Part shown: positions 41,628 through 52,842 of the stretch, piece after piece
How the letters are laid out: the number at the start of each line of letters is the position of its first letter
How positions within the stretch are numbered: position 1 is the stretch's first letter
Assembly (NCBI GenBank): GCA_963676565.1
Contig: OY781089.1
Location: 1,280,001-1,344,000 of the forward strand
Direction of reading: 5' to 3'
DNA from: Halarcobacter sp.
GTDB taxonomy: Bacteria > Campylobacterota > Campylobacteria > Campylobacterales > Arcobacteraceae
Length of the DNA: 64,000 nucleotides
The notes under the pieces: generated by a model
Seen by the model: only the letters and a program-made list of their open reading frames with translations
What the model was told of the DNA's origin: nothing
Databases searched by the model: none
Translations under genes and position numbers: made by a program

Positions 41628-43415
41628 TTAAATCTTCAACACTGCCATGAAAGCTTCTTGTGGTACATTTACTTTACCTATAGCTTTCATTCTTTTCTTA
41701 CCTGCTTTTTGTTTTTCTAAAAGTTTTCTTTTTCTTGTAATATCACCACCATAACATTTAGCAGTAACATTTTTACCCATAGATTTTACAGTTTCTCTAG
41801 CAATAATTGTATTTCCAATTGATGCTTGAATTGCAACTTCAAATAGTTGTCTTGGGATTAATTCTTTTAAGGCTTTAATAAACTCTCTACCCCTTGAAAC
41901 TGCTTTTTCTTCAGGAACAATAATTGATAAGGCATCAACAACATCCCCCGCAACTCTAACATCAAGTTTTTTAAGATTTCCTGGTCTAAATTCAATTGGT
42001 TCATAATCAAAAGATGCATAACCTTTTGTAGTTGATTTTAATTTATCATAAAAATCCATAACAATTTCATTCATTGGAATATCATAATCTAAAAGAACTC
42101 TTTTACCTAAGTAATCCATTTTATTTTGAACGGCTCTTTTATCATTTAACAATTTAATTACATTTCCTAAAAACTCATCTGGAACTAAAATTGTTGCTCT
42201 TACATATGGTTCAAATATAGTATCAATATAGTTTGGTTCAGGAAGTTCAGATGGATTTTCTATAGTTAATTTTTCTCCATCAGTTTTTAAAATTTCATAA
42301 ACAACTGTTGGCGCAGTTGCTATTAAGTCAAGATTAAATTCTCTTTCTAGTCTTTCTTTTATAACTTCCATATGAAGCATTCCAAGGAAACCAGTTCTAA
42401 ATCCACTTCCAAGTGCAGCTGAGGATTCTGGTTCAAAAGAGATTGATGAATCGTTTAACTGTAATTTAGTAAGAGCTTCTCTTAAATCTTCAAATTTATC
42501 TGTTTCAATTGGATAAAGTCCTGCAAATACAAAAGGTTTTGCTGGTTCAAATCCATCAATTGCAATTTTAGTTGGATTTTTTGCATCAGTCATAGTATCA
42601 CCAACGGCAATTCCATCTAAAGTTTTAAGACCAAGAACAACAATTCCAATTTCACCCGTTTGTATTTCATTCGTTTTTTCTCTTTTTATTGGGTGAGGAT
42701 ACATTAAGTCTAATACTGGGTGTTCAACTTTTGTATTCATCATTTTAAGCATTTGACCTTTTTTAATACTACCTTCATAAACTCTTACTAGTGCTAAGGC
42801 ACCAAGGTAGTTATCAAACCATGAATCGTATATCAAAGCTTTAGTTGGTGCATTTTCATCACCATTTGGAGCAGGAACTCTATCAACTATAGAATCAATT
42901 AATTCTTTAACCCCTAAACCTGTTTTTGCCGAGATTAAATTGTGTTCAGTACAATCAAGTCCAATTGCTTCTTCGGTTTCTTCAAGTACCCTCATAGGAT
43001 CTGCACTTGGTAAATCGATTTTATTTACAACAGGTAATAGTTCTAAATCATTATCAAGTGCAATATAAACGTTTGCAATAGTTTGTGCTTCAACACCTTG
43101 TGTTGAGTCAACAATTAAAAGTGCACCCTCTGATGAAGCTAAAGAACGACTCACTTCATATGAAAAGTCAACGTGACCTGGAGTGTCAATTAGGTTTAAG
43201 ATGTATGTCTCACCATCTTTTACATATTTTAATCTTACACTTTGAGCTTTAATTGTAATTCCACGCTCTTGTTCAATATCCATTGTATCCATCATTTGTG
43301 AAGTAAGTTCTCTATCTGTAACAGCTCCACACTCTTGAATTATTCTATCTGCAAGAGTTGATTTACCATGGTCAATATGAGCAATAATACTAAAGTTTCT
43401 AATATTTTTTTGCAA
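41628..43415 (-). CDS. lepA: Elongation factor 4
   Basis: [30 protein letters not shown]. Confidence 0.99.
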   Translation of the reverse strand: MQKNIRNFSIIAHIDHGKSTLADRIIQECGAVTDRELTSQMMDTMDIEQERGITIKAQSVRLKYVKDGETYILNLIDTPGHVDFSYEVSRSLASSEGALLIVDSTQGVEAQTIANVYIALDNDLELLPVVNKIDLPSADPMRVLEETEEAIGLDCTEHNLISAKTGLGVKELIDSIVDRVPAPNGDENAPTKALIYDSWFDNYLGALALVRVYEGSIKKGQMLKMMNTKVEHPVLDLMYPHPIKREKTNEIQTGEIGIVVLGLKTLDGIAVGDTMTDAKNPTKIAIDGFEPAKPFVFAGLYPIETDKFEDLREALTKLQLNDSSISFEPESSAALGSGFRTGFLGMLHMEVIKERLEREFNLDLIATAPTVVYEILKTDGEKLTIENPSELPEPNYIDTIFEPYVRATILVPDEFLGNVIKLLNDKRAVQNKMDYLGKRVLLDYDIPMNEIVMDFYDKLKSTTKGYASFDYEPIEFRPGNLKKLDVRVAGDVVDALSIIVPEEKAVSRGREFIKALKELIPRQLFEVAIQASIGNTIIARETVKSMGKNVTAKCYGGDITRKRKLLEKQKAGKKRMKAIGKVNVPQEAFMAVLKI

Positions 43416-43495
43416 GGTTATTCCTATATGTTTATTAAGTTCGCGATTATATCTAAAAAATTGTTAGTAATGAGTTAAGAAAAAAAAGTAAGTTT

Positions 43496-43529
43496 TTTCA
43501 GATTTTAGACAAAAGCCTAAAATCTGAAA
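43496..43529 (-). terminator. Terminator hairpin after the OmpA-family gene
   Basis: TTTCAGATTTTAG...CTAAAATCTGAAA. Confidence 0.75.
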
Positions 43530-43540
43530 TTTAAAATAAA

Positions 43541-44620
43541 TTATTGTTGAATAGAACCTTCAACTCTTCTGTTTTGTGCTCTACCTTCAGCAGTATCATT
43601 AGATGCTTTAGGTTTAGTTTCACCATAACCAATTGCATTTAATCTATCAGTTTCTACACCGTAAGCTTCAATAGCTTTAACTGCAGATGCTGCTCTTCTT
43701 TCTGATAATTTTTGGTTATATTTTTCAGAACCAACTGAGTCAGTATGAGCTTCAATTTTTCCTTTTACAGATGGGAAAGCTTTCATAAAGTCAGCAAATT
43801 TTTTGATTTTTGAATCATAAGAATTGTTAATTACTGCAGAGTCAGTCTCAAAGTTAATATTTAAGTCAACTTTTAAAGAACAACCATTTTCATCAACAAT
43901 ATTACCTTTTGGAGTATCTGGACATTTGTCTTTTGAATCAACTACACCATCTCCATCAGTATCAATTTCACAACCTTTTGCATCAACAACTGCACCAGGT
44001 GCTGAGTTTGGACATTGGTCATTTGCATCAATTACACCATCATTATCAGAATCCATTGGTTTTGGCTCTGGTTTTGGTTCTGGAGCAGGAGCTGCTTTTT
44101 TACCAAATGGAATTGCTAAACCTACTGTATAAAGAAGGTTATTGTCTCCACCATCAAAAGAAATTAAATGTCTTACGTCAGCTTTTAAAGCCATTGCTTC
44201 AGAAATTTTATATTTGATACCAACACCGTAGTTAGCAAATAATCCATTGTCATTATTAAATTGCTCATCATCAAACCATTCAACACCAGCACCTGCTAAT
44301 GCATATAAAGAAGTTGAATCATTTAATCCATAATCTTTTACTAAGTTAGTAAATACTCTAGTTACACCAGTATCATCACCATTGTCATAATCAACATCTT
44401 CAAAAGATCTTAATATTCCAACTTCTATTTGATCAAACATAGAATCATCTAAGTTAAATCCTAAAGATAAACCTGCATTTGCATAATTTTGATCATCAAA
44501 GTTTAAGTTACCCTCAGAATAAGTACCACCTATCATTGGTGTAATTTCATACTTATACTCACTATTTGCTGCGAACATCATAGAAGCACAAAGTGCTGCT
44601 GATAAAACAATTTTTTTCAT
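43541..44620 (-). CDS. cadF: CadF/OprF-like outer membrane protein (beta-barrel, TSP3 repeats, OmpA domain)
   Basis: KYEITPMIGG N-terminus, PEPK linker, DxDxDGVxDxxDxCP x2, HTDSVG...NQKLSERRA...NRRV. Confidence 0.85.
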   Translation of the reverse strand: MKKIVLSAALCASMMFAANSEYKYEITPMIGGTYSEGNLNFDDQNYANAGLSLGFNLDDSMFDQIEVGILRSFEDVDYDNGDDTGVTRVFTNLVKDYGLNDSTSLYALAGAGVEWFDDEQFNNDNGLFANYGVGIKYKISEAMALKADVRHLISFDGGDNNLLYTVGLAIPFGKKAAPAPEPKPEPKPMDSDNDGVIDANDQCPNSAPGAVVDAKGCEIDTDGDGVVDSKDKCPDTPKGNIVDENGCSLKVDLNINFETDSAVINNSYDSKIKKFADFMKAFPSVKGKIEAHTDSVGSEKYNQKLSERRAASAVKAIEAYGVETDRLNAIGYGETKPKASNDTAEGRAQNRRVEGSIQQ

Positions 44621-44692
44621 AATTTGCCTTTGTTTTTTTGTGTGTTTTATTATTATAACTAAAATAAATTAATATTAAATTTATTATAAAAA

Positions 44693-45625
44693 TTAATCTA
44701 TAAAAATAGAATTAACTGATTCATTATTAGTGATTCTTCTAATAGTTTCACCAATAATTTTTGTTGCACTTAATACAGTGATTTTATCACATTTACCATG
44801 CATAGGTATTGTATCAGTAATAATTAACTCATCTAATGTTCCATTATTTATTCTTTCAAATGCTGGTCCACTTAATACACCATGTGTACAACATGCCATA
44901 ACTGAAGTTGCACCTTTTGCTTTTAAAACTTCTGCTGCTTTAACTAAAGTTCCTGCTGTATCAACCATATCATCAACTAAGATAACATCTTTACCTTTTA
45001 CTTCACCGATGATATTCATTACTTCAGCAACATTAGCTTTTTCTCTTCTTTTGTCAACGATAACTAAGTCATATCCTAATTTTTCAGCATAAGATCTAGC
45101 CCTTGCAACACCACCAATATCTGGAGATGCAATAATCGGATTTTTTAAGTTTTTAGCTCTTAAATGATCAACAAATAATACTGAACCATAAAGGTTATCT
45201 ACTGGGATATCAAAGAATCCTTGAATTTGAGCAGCATGTAAATCAATAGTGATAATTCTATCAATTCCTACTGTTTCAAGCATATCTGCAACTAATTTTG
45301 CCGTAATTGGAACTCTAGGTGCTGCTTTTCTATCTTGTCTTGCATAACCAAAATAAGGCATAACTGCAGAAACAGATTTAGCACTTGATCTTTTTAGTGC
45401 ATCTACAATAATTAGTAGTTCCATTAAATGATCATTTGTTGGAGCACAAGTTGGTTGTACGATAAACACATCTTGTCCCCTAACACTTTCATGAATTTGA
45501 ACAGATATTTCACCGTCACTAAACTTATTTATAGATGCCCCACCAACATTTACATTAAGATACTTTCCTACTTTTTTTGCAAATTCAGGATTGGCAGTAC
45601 CACTAAAAAGTTTAAATTTCGCCAT
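44693..45625 (-). CDS. prs: Ribose-phosphate pyrophosphokinase
   Basis: FSDGE, YARQDRK, DLHAAQIQGFF, VDDMVDTAGT. Confidence 0.99.
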   Translation of the reverse strand: MAKFKLFSGTANPEFAKKVGKYLNVNVGGASINKFSDGEISVQIHESVRGQDVFIVQPTCAPTNDHLMELLIIVDALKRSSAKSVSAVMPYFGYARQDRKAAPRVPITAKLVADMLETVGIDRIITIDLHAAQIQGFFDIPVDNLYGSVLFVDHLRAKNLKNPIIASPDIGGVARARSYAEKLGYDLVIVDKRREKANVAEVMNIIGEVKGKDVILVDDMVDTAGTLVKAAEVLKAKGATSVMACCTHGVLSGPAFERINNGTLDELIITDTIPMHGKCDKITVLSATKIIGETIRRITNNESVNSIFID

Positions 45626-45699
45626 TAGATTTTTCCTTGTGTGATTGTGTAAGTTTTGCTGATTTTATCTAAATTTATCTTATACAAAATTTAGTTGCT

Positions 45700-46743
45700 T
45701 TATTTTGCACTTTTTATCCAACCACTTCCTATTACTTTATCACCTTGATAAAACACTGCAAGTTGACCAGCAGCTACTCCAAAAGCAGGTTCTTCTAAGT
45801 AGATTGTTCCACTATTTTCTTCAAGTTTAACTTTACATGCAGTTGAAACAGCTCTATATCTTAGCTTTACATTACAAGTAAACTCTTTTTCATCAATAAA
45901 CATATTTAGATTTTCAATTTTAACTTCATTTATCTCTAAGGCTTGTTTTTTTCCCACAACAATAGTATTGTTTTCAGGATTTAATTTTGTAACAAAATGT
46001 GGTTCATGGGCACCATGAACTGTAAAGCCTCTTCTTTTTCCAATGGTATAATGCATATATCCTTTATGTTCACCAATCTCATTTCCATCTTCATCTAAAA
46101 CTTTTCCTGGAATGTCAATATTTGCATGTCTTTTTACAACATCTGTGTAAACTGTTTCAACAAAACATATCTCTTGTGATTCATTTTTTTCTGTAATTCT
46201 TTTATAGGCTGAATCTAATTTTGCTGCAAATTCAATAATATCTTCTTTTTTTCTTTCGCTTAATGGAAACATCATATATGGCAATGCTTCTTTATCAACT
46301 TGAGATAAAAAATAGCTTTGATCTTTTGTTTTATCTCCTGCTTCATAGAAAAATTTGCCATCGGTTTTTGCATAATGACCAGTTGCTAGATAAGATGCTC
46401 CATGTTCCTTTGCAAAGTCTAACATTTTTCCAAATTTGATTTGCCTATTACATTTAACACATGGATTAGGGGTTGTTCCTTCTAAATAAGAGTCTACAAA
46501 ATAATCATAAACCTCCTTAGAAAAATCATCTGATAAATCTAAAATATGATATTTAATCCCGAGAAATTTTGCTACATCTTCAATATATCTAAGGTTTTTT
46601 TCATGATAACCATCAGTTCTATCATGAAGTTTTAAATAAACACCTTCAACTTCGTATCCATCTTTTTGTAACATATAAGCAGTTACAGAAGAATCAATTC
46701 CTCCACTCATACCCACTATTACTTTCTTTTTCTCACAACTCAT
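45700..46743 (-). CDS. mnmA: tRNA 2-thiouridylase MnmA, CXXC-type
   Basis: SGGIDS, TPNPCVKCN, ATGHYA, KDQSYFL, ESQEICF. Confidence 0.95.
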   Translation of the reverse strand: MSCEKKKVIVGMSGGIDSSVTAYMLQKDGYEVEGVYLKLHDRTDGYHEKNLRYIEDVAKFLGIKYHILDLSDDFSKEVYDYFVDSYLEGTTPNPCVKCNRQIKFGKMLDFAKEHGASYLATGHYAKTDGKFFYEAGDKTKDQSYFLSQVDKEALPYMMFPLSERKKEDIIEFAAKLDSAYKRITEKNESQEICFVETVYTDVVKRHANIDIPGKVLDEDGNEIGEHKGYMHYTIGKRRGFTVHGAHEPHFVTKLNPENNTIVVGKKQALEINEVKIENLNMFIDEKEFTCNVKLRYRAVSTACKVKLEENSGTIYLEEPAFGVAAGQLAVFYQGDKVIGSGWIKSAK

Positions 46744-46754
46744 TTTAATCCTAC

Positions 46755-47855
46755 TTACTTATAGTCACTTATAAATCCACCACCTAGACAATAATTTCCA
46801 TCGTATAAAACTAGACTTTGTCCTAAGGTTACAGCTCTTTGAGGGGTGTCAAATTTAACAAGTACTCTATTTTCATCTGCTTCTATTACTGTACAAGCTT
46901 GTTTGTGTTGTCTATATCTAACTTGTGCCATCAATTTTTCACCAACTTTTGGTGCCTCTTCTAATACCCAATGCATATGACTAGCTTCTGTATATTCACT
47001 CATAAGTAAAGGATGGTTTGTATCTTGAACTACTGTAAGTGTATTATTTTCAATATCTTTTTTAGCTGCAAACCATGGTTTGTGTGTATTGTTCTCACCT
47101 TCATTATCTTTAATTCCACCAAGACCAATACCTTTTCTTTGACCTAGTGTGTAACAAATAAGACCTTTGTGCTTTCCTAAAACTTTTCCATTTTCATCTA
47201 TCATATCACCAGGAATAGCTTTTAAATGTTGTGTGATAAAATCATCAAATCTTTGATTACCAATAAAACAAATTCCTGTACTATCTTTTTTATCACTTAC
47301 AGGAAGATTATGCTCTCTAGCTATTTCTCTAACTTCTTTTTTTGTTAAATCTCCAAGGGGAAACATCGCATGACTTAATTGTTCACTTGATAATGCATGT
47401 AAAAAGTAACTTTGGTCTTTTGAACTATCTTTGGGAGTATCAAGAACATAATGGTCTTTATAAAAAGCAATTTTGGCATAGTGTCCAGTTGCAATCATAT
47501 CTGCACCCATTTTTTTAGCTTCATTTAAAAATACATTAAATTTAATTTCACGATTACATAAAATATCTGGGTTAGGAGTAAGTCCTTTTTTTAAACCTTC
47601 TAAAAAAACATCAAAAACTTTTGTTCTATACTCTTCAACAAAGTCTTTACCCTTTACCTCAATTCCTATTAAGGCACCAACTTTTTTTGCATCTTCAAAT
47701 TCAATACGATTAGGGCATTGGCTACCTTTTATTCCATATTCCCAATTTCGCATAAATAGACCAACTACATCATAACCTTGTTGTTTTAACAATAGTGCTG
47801 TAACTGAAGAATCAACACCACCTGACATTCCTACAACAATTTTCTTTTTTTTCAT
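46755..47855 (-). CDS. mnmA: tRNA 2-thiouridylase MnmA, DXXC-type
   Basis: SGGVDS, TPNPDILCN, ATGHYA, KKDSTGICF. Confidence 0.95.
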   Translation of the reverse strand: MKKKKIVVGMSGGVDSSVTALLLKQQGYDVVGLFMRNWEYGIKGSQCPNRIEFEDAKKVGALIGIEVKGKDFVEEYRTKVFDVFLEGLKKGLTPNPDILCNREIKFNVFLNEAKKMGADMIATGHYAKIAFYKDHYVLDTPKDSSKDQSYFLHALSSEQLSHAMFPLGDLTKKEVREIAREHNLPVSDKKDSTGICFIGNQRFDDFITQHLKAIPGDMIDENGKVLGKHKGLICYTLGQRKGIGLGGIKDNEGENNTHKPWFAAKKDIENNTLTVVQDTNHPLLMSEYTEASHMHWVLEEAPKVGEKLMAQVRYRQHKQACTVIEADENRVLVKFDTPQRAVTLGQSLVLYDGNYCLGGGFISDYK

Positions 47856-47913
47856 TTTTTACCTTTAAAAAAGTTCTATTTTAAGAACTGTATTTACAAC
47901 AATAAGTTGTTTT

Positions 47914-48390
47914 TTATAAATGTTTTAAAGGAATAAGCACAGACTCTCTATTTGCCCAATCTTTGTGAGGGATAATAAGTTTTTTAGTATTAATTTTTTT
48001 ATTATCAAAAAAGATTATATCTATATCTAAGGTTCTAGGCGCATCTTGAAAGGACCGCTTTCTTCCAAATCTTTTTTCTAATCTATTCATGTTTTTTAAA
48101 AATTCATTTGGTGATAGATTAGTTTTAAGTATTATTATACCATTTAAAAACTCATTTTGTTCTAGGTATCCAAAAGGGGGATTAAGAAGAAGTGGGGAAG
48201 TTATAAGTAAATCAAATCTAGAATCACCTTTTAAACATAAGATTAACTTATCAAATAATTTCTTTGTATCCCCAATATTTCCCCCAATTCCAATAGTTAC
48301 ATGATATTTCTTATTTGATTGTGATTTAAATTTTTTTGGAAAATTAGGGGTTTTAAAAAGGGTTAAATCATCTCGTAATTTTTTTTTCAA
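47914..48390 (-). CDS. folK: 2-amino-4-hydroxy-6-hydroxymethyldihydropteridine diphosphokinase
   Basis: IGIGGNIG, FLNG, PRTLDIDI, IPH. Confidence 0.96.
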   Translation of the reverse strand: MKKKLRDDLTLFKTPNFPKKFKSQSNKKYHVTIGIGGNIGDTKKLFDKLILCLKGDSRFDLLITSPLLLNPPFGYLEQNEFLNGIIILKTNLSPNEFLKNMNRLEKRFGRKRSFQDAPRTLDIDIIFFDNKKINTKKLIIPHKDWANRESVLIPLKHL

Positions 48391-48453
48391 ATTTCTCCTT
48401 AAAAAGTAAACTTATTAAATAAGTCAAGTATAAATATTTTAAATTTTTATAAT

Positions 48454-49479
48454 TTAAAGTATTAGTGCTTTACCATTTTTCATAACAACTGTATCTTCTA
48501 TTCTAACACCAAACTCTTTTGGCAAATAAATTCCTGGCTCAATTGTAAAAACCATATTATCTTCAATAATTACATCACTTTTAGAGTTAATATTTGGGAA
48601 CTCATGAATGTCAAGTCCCACTCCATGGCCAGTACTGTGAACAAAATATTTTCCAAAACCTGCTTTTTCAATTACATCTCTAGTTAATTTATCAATTTGA
48701 GAAGCTTTCATTCCAACTCTTGCATTATTAATAGCGTTTAATTGGGCTTTATAAACTAAATCATAAATCTTTTGATGTTTTTTATTTTTGAAAGTTTGTT
48801 CTCTTTTAAAAGAAAACTTTTCAAAATTTGCATTTGATGTGCAAGTTCTATCTGAACAATATCTTTTGTACTTTACCCCTGCATCAACTAGTATTAAATC
48901 ATTTAATTTTAATTTTTTTGAAGTTGGTAGGGCATGGGGTTTTGCTGCATTTTCATTTATTGCAACAATTGGATCGAAACTTAAATCATATTTTCCAAAT
49001 GAACTCATTTTTTCTATAGCTTTAAAATGTAAAAAACTCTCTTTTTCATTAAAGCCATTTTTAGCAATATATTTTGCAAGTTGCTTAAATCCATCTCTTC
49101 CAATACTAGCAGCTTTTTTTAAGTATTTTATCTCTTCATCAGTTTTTATAATTCTTTTTAGTTTAGAAAAATTTTCTTGAGGTTTAAAATCAGTTTTTAA
49201 ATCAGCTGTCAATTTTTGATAAAAACTTAGGTTAAAATCGTTTGGATCAAAAACAATTTTTTTGATTTTATTTTTCTTTAGTAATAGTTTTGTATCTTCT
49301 ATTAGATTTGAGCTTTCAATCACTTCACATTTCTTTGTGAACTCTTTTGCTTCAACTGTATATCTTGCATCTGTTATAAAATATTTTTCATTATTTAAAT
49401 TTAAAAATACAACATTGTCACAAGAAAAACCACATTCATAAAAAACAGCATTTTCATTCAGTAATATATAGTTTTTCAT
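48454..49479 (-). CDS. M24 (Xaa-Pro) aminopeptidase
   Basis: TDARY, HSTGHGVGLDIHE, TIEPGIY, GVRIED; ATG at 49479 after AAGGA. Confidence 0.93.
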   Translation of the reverse strand: MKNYILLNENAVFYECGFSCDNVVFLNLNNEKYFITDARYTVEAKEFTKKCEVIESSNLIEDTKLLLKKNKIKKIVFDPNDFNLSFYQKLTADLKTDFKPQENFSKLKRIIKTDEEIKYLKKAASIGRDGFKQLAKYIAKNGFNEKESFLHFKAIEKMSSFGKYDLSFDPIVAINENAAKPHALPTSKKLKLNDLILVDAGVKYKRYCSDRTCTSNANFEKFSFKREQTFKNKKHQKIYDLVYKAQLNAINNARVGMKASQIDKLTRDVIEKAGFGKYFVHSTGHGVGLDIHEFPNINSKSDVIIEDNMVFTIEPGIYLPKEFGVRIEDTVVMKNGKALIL

Positions 49480-49485
49480 TGGTAT

Positions 49486-49517
49486 TCCTTTTAAATAGTC
49501 CCTATTTAAAAGGGACC
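49486..49517 (-). promoter_or_regulatory. Candidate RBS-sequestering leader motif (M24 peptidase copy)
   Basis: GGTCCCTTTTAAATAGGGACTATTTAAAAGGA on the minus strand; matches the accD leader. Confidence 0.55.
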
Positions 49518-49660
49518 TTATTTGTTTAACTTCTTTTATCAGCAAAAGTAAATTTTGCTTAAAGAAGGAAATTCTAAAGAGAACAACGAGTTGTTCTTGT
49601 GTTACTTTAACTAAAATTTCAATATAATCTTACCTAAAATTTATAAAAGGAAAATATAAA

Positions 49661-50143
49661 ATGAAAATTGCAGTTATCCAAGGTCCAAATCTAAATATGT
49701 TAGGTGTAAGAGAACAACATATTTATGGTCCAATGACTTTAGAACAAATCCATGAACAAATGAAAGGTAGTGCACAACAAAATGGTGTAGAACTTGAGTT
49801 TTTTCAATCTAATTTAGAGGGTGAAATTGTTGATAGAATCCAAGAGTCTTTAGGTACAGTTGATGGAATTTTAATTAATCCAGCAGCATTTTCTCATACA
49901 TCAATTGCTATTAAAGATGCACTAAGTGCAGTAAATCTTCCAACAGTTGAAGTTCATATTTCAAATATCTATAAAAGAGAAGAGTATAGACAAAAATCGA
50001 TTACTGCAGGTGCAGCAACAGGTGTAATTACAGGTTTTGGACCTTTTAGTTACCATATGGGTCTTATTGCATTAACTCAAATTATTTCAGAAGTTAAGGC
50101 TGTTGAAGCTCAACAAAAAGCACAAGCTGAAGCTCAAGCTTAA
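49661..50143 (+). CDS. aroQ: Type II 3-dehydroquinate dehydratase
   Basis: [11 protein letters not shown]...[18 protein letters not shown]. Confidence 0.98.
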   Translation: MKIAVIQGPNLNMLGVREQHIYGPMTLEQIHEQMKGSAQQNGVELEFFQSNLEGEIVDRIQESLGTVDGILINPAAFSHTSIAIKDALSAVNLPTVEVHISNIYKREEYRQKSITAGAATGVITGFGPFSYHMGLIALTQIISEVKAVEAQQKAQAEAQA

Positions 50144-50165
50144 GCCTTATTTTTAATCTAAAAAA

Positions 50166-51395
50166 ATGAAAATATTAAGTGCATCTTGGGTTATTACTTG
50201 TGATGCAAATAGCACCATCATTAAAGATGGTGCTATTGTTTATGATAAAACAATTATAGAAATTGCTTCAAAAGAATTTATCCAAGAAAAATATAAAAAT
50301 ATAAAAATCGAAGATTTAGGTGAAAACTCTGTTTTAATGCCAGGTCTTATTAATTCACATGTTCATTTAGAATTCTCATCAAATAGTACAACATTAAAAT
50401 ATGGTAATTTTATGTTATGGTTAAACTCTGTTATAAAAAATAGAGAAACCTTGATTGAAAAAGCAAACACAAAACTTATAAGTACAAAATTAGCTAAGAT
50501 GAAAAAAACTGGAACTACAACTATAGGAGCTATCTCTTCATATGGATTAGAGATTGAAGCTTGTCTTAAAAGTTCTATTAATACTGTTTTTTTTAATGAG
50601 GTTATTGGAAGTAAAGCAGAGATGATTGATAATCTTTTTGCAGATTTCAAAGCAAGATTAAACTCTTCTAAGAAAAATAAAAATAAAAATTTTATTCCTG
50701 CAATTGCAATACATTCACCATATTCAGTTCATCCAATACTAATTAGAGAAACATTAAAAATTGCAAAAGAAGAAAATCTAAGTGTTAGTGCTCACTTTTT
50801 AGAATCACCAGAAGAGTTTGAATGGTTACATAAAGATGAGGGTGGTTTTTTAGAATTTTTTAAAAATTTTTTAGGTCAAGAGAAAGCTGTTACTAAACCA
50901 ATGGAGTTTCTAGAACAATTTAAAAATCTTGATAATCTTTCTTTTACCCATTGTGTAGAAGCAAGTGAAAATGATTTAGATAAAATTAAAAAATTAGGGG
51001 CGATTATAAATCATTGTCCTACATCAAATAGATTTTTGAATAACAATAAACTTGATTTAACTAAGTTAATAGATAAAGAGATACCTTTTTCAATAGGTAC
51101 AGATGGACTTAGCTCAAATAATTCTTTATCTATGTTTGATGAGTTAAGAAACGCTTTAATGGTTCATGAAAATATTAATATAATAGAATTATCGAAGATA
51201 TTAATTAAAGCAGCTACAAAAAATGGAAGTGATGCTTTGGGCTTAAATAAAGGTGTTTTAGAAGAAAATAAAGATGCAGATATAATTTGTATTAAGTTAC
51301 CAGACATGATTGAGGATGAAGAGGATCTATATATGAACGTGATTCTTCATACTAAATTTGTGGAAAAAACAATTATTGGAGGTTTAGATGATTAG
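50166..51395 (+). CDS. mqnF: Amidohydrolase, probable aminofutalosine deaminase (futalosine pathway)
   Basis: PGLINSHVHLEF, HSPYS, HFLES, GTDG; aroQ/sppA neighbourhood as in Campylobacterota. Confidence 0.75.
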   Translation: MKILSASWVITCDANSTIIKDGAIVYDKTIIEIASKEFIQEKYKNIKIEDLGENSVLMPGLINSHVHLEFSSNSTTLKYGNFMLWLNSVIKNRETLIEKANTKLISTKLAKMKKTGTTTIGAISSYGLEIEACLKSSINTVFFNEVIGSKAEMIDNLFADFKARLNSSKKNKNKNFIPAIAIHSPYSVHPILIRETLKIAKEENLSVSAHFLESPEEFEWLHKDEGGFLEFFKNFLGQEKAVTKPMEFLEQFKNLDNLSFTHCVEASENDLDKIKKLGAIINHCPTSNRFLNNNKLDLTKLIDKEIPFSIGTDGLSSNNSLSMFDELRNALMVHENINIIELSKILIKAATKNGSDALGLNKGVLEENKDADIICIKLPDMIEDEEDLYMNVILHTKFVEKTIIGGLDD

Positions 51396-52278
51396 TATTA
51401 TAAAAAAACTTTTTTATCCGATTATTGCTATATTAGATTTTATTACTAAATATTTTAAAACAGTAGTATTTTTAACTATAGTTTATTTCTTTGTTTCAAG
51501 TTCAAATGAGTCAGCAATAAACGGTGAAAGTTTTGAGATGGCAAATTTACAAAAAATAGAACTTGTAGGACCTATTTTAAATGTTGATAAAGTTCTAGAG
51601 CAAATAAATCAAGCAAAAAAGAATAACAACATTAAAGGTGTTCTTTTAATTGTAAATTCTCCAGGTGGAGCTGTTGCTCCTTCAGTTGAATTAGCTTATG
51701 CAATTAAAGAATTAAAACAATTAAAACCTGTTGTGGCATATGCAAGTGGAGTTATGGCAAGTGGTTCATACTATGCTTCAATTTGGTCAAATAAAATTAT
51801 TGCAAATCCTGGGGCTATGATTGGATCTATTGGTGTAATTTTTCAAGGAACAAATGTAGAAGAACTTATGGAAACTATTGGTGTTAAGACACAAACTGTA
51901 AAAGTTGGGAAATACAAAGAAGTAGGGACACCTACAAGACCTTGGAAAGATTATGAAAGAGAAGAGTTAGAAAAAGTTATAAATGATACATATGATATGT
52001 TTATAACTGATGTAGCAAATGCAAGAAAATTGAAAAAAGAAAATCATACTCAATTTGCAGATGCACATATTTTTACTTCAGGACAAGCAAAGAAGCTTGG
52101 ATTAGTTGATGAGGTGTCAACATTAAGTTTTGCAAAAGAAGAGATAATAAAACTTTCAGAAGTTGAAACCCCAATTTGGAAAAAAGAGGATAAGTTTGAT
52201 AAATTCCTTGACAAAATAATGCAAGAAGCAGTAACAAACTTTAGTGTTTTATTTACAAGTGGATTAAAAGCTTATTAA
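51388..52278 (+). CDS. sppA: Signal peptide peptidase SppA
   Basis: NSPGG, MASGSYY, GSIGV, GKYK. Confidence 0.95.
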   Translation: MISIIKKLFYPIIAILDFITKYFKTVVFLTIVYFFVSSSNESAINGESFEMANLQKIELVGPILNVDKVLEQINQAKKNNNIKGVLLIVNSPGGAVAPSVELAYAIKELKQLKPVVAYASGVMASGSYYASIWSNKIIANPGAMIGSIGVIFQGTNVEELMETIGVKTQTVKVGKYKEVGTPTRPWKDYEREELEKVINDTYDMFITDVANARKLKKENHTQFADAHIFTSGQAKKLGLVDEVSTLSFAKEEIIKLSEVETPIWKKEDKFDKFLDKIMQEAVTNFSVLFTSGLKAY

Positions 52279-52288
52279 AAAAGGCTAA

Positions 52289-52777
52289 TTGTATATGAGA
52301 AAGCAAGACATAATTGCAAATAAGTTTAAACGTGAAAACTTAATTAATATAATGGCTACATATCAATTGTATTATCAAATTACCCTTGGTGAGATAATTG
52401 AAAAAAGTAGTTTTGACAAAGAAAAAGTTGCAGATCTTAATTTAGATATTGACCCAGAAAATGTATTAAATACTATGACAGAAGTTATTAATACATTTAG
52501 AAAAGAAGATGATTTTGATTCTATTTTTGAAGATAATATGAAAATAAATGCAATGATTCATGCTTTAAAAGATTTTACATTAAAGTATGAAGAATTAAAT
52601 AAAAAAGAAAACATTTATGATGATTTCTATGAAAAAATCATGAATGATCAATTTTTTACTCTAAGTATGCAAGTATTTTTTTCTGAAGAATTAAAAAGTA
52701 GAATTGATTATTGGAAAAAATTAATTAGTAATGAAACTGCTAAAGAGTTAAAGCAATCGGCTTTAAAAATTATATAA
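52289..52777 (+). CDS. Hypothetical protein
   Basis: 162-aa ORF co-oriented with sppA; no motif recognised. Confidence 0.65.
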   Translation: MYMRKQDIIANKFKRENLINIMATYQLYYQITLGEIIEKSSFDKEKVADLNLDIDPENVLNTMTEVINTFRKEDDFDSIFEDNMKINAMIHALKDFTLKYEELNKKENIYDDFYEKIMNDQFFTLSMQVFFSEELKSRIDYWKKLISNETAKELKQSALKII

Positions 52778-52811
52778 AAAAAGGGGCAAGTTTTTCACTC
52801 CTTGCCCCTTT
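52776..52811. terminator. Bidirectional terminator
   Basis: AAAGGGGCAAG...CTTGCCCCTTT between convergent genes. Confidence 0.85.
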
Positions 52812-52842
52812 GTCTTTCCCTAGATTAGATATTGAGTAATTT

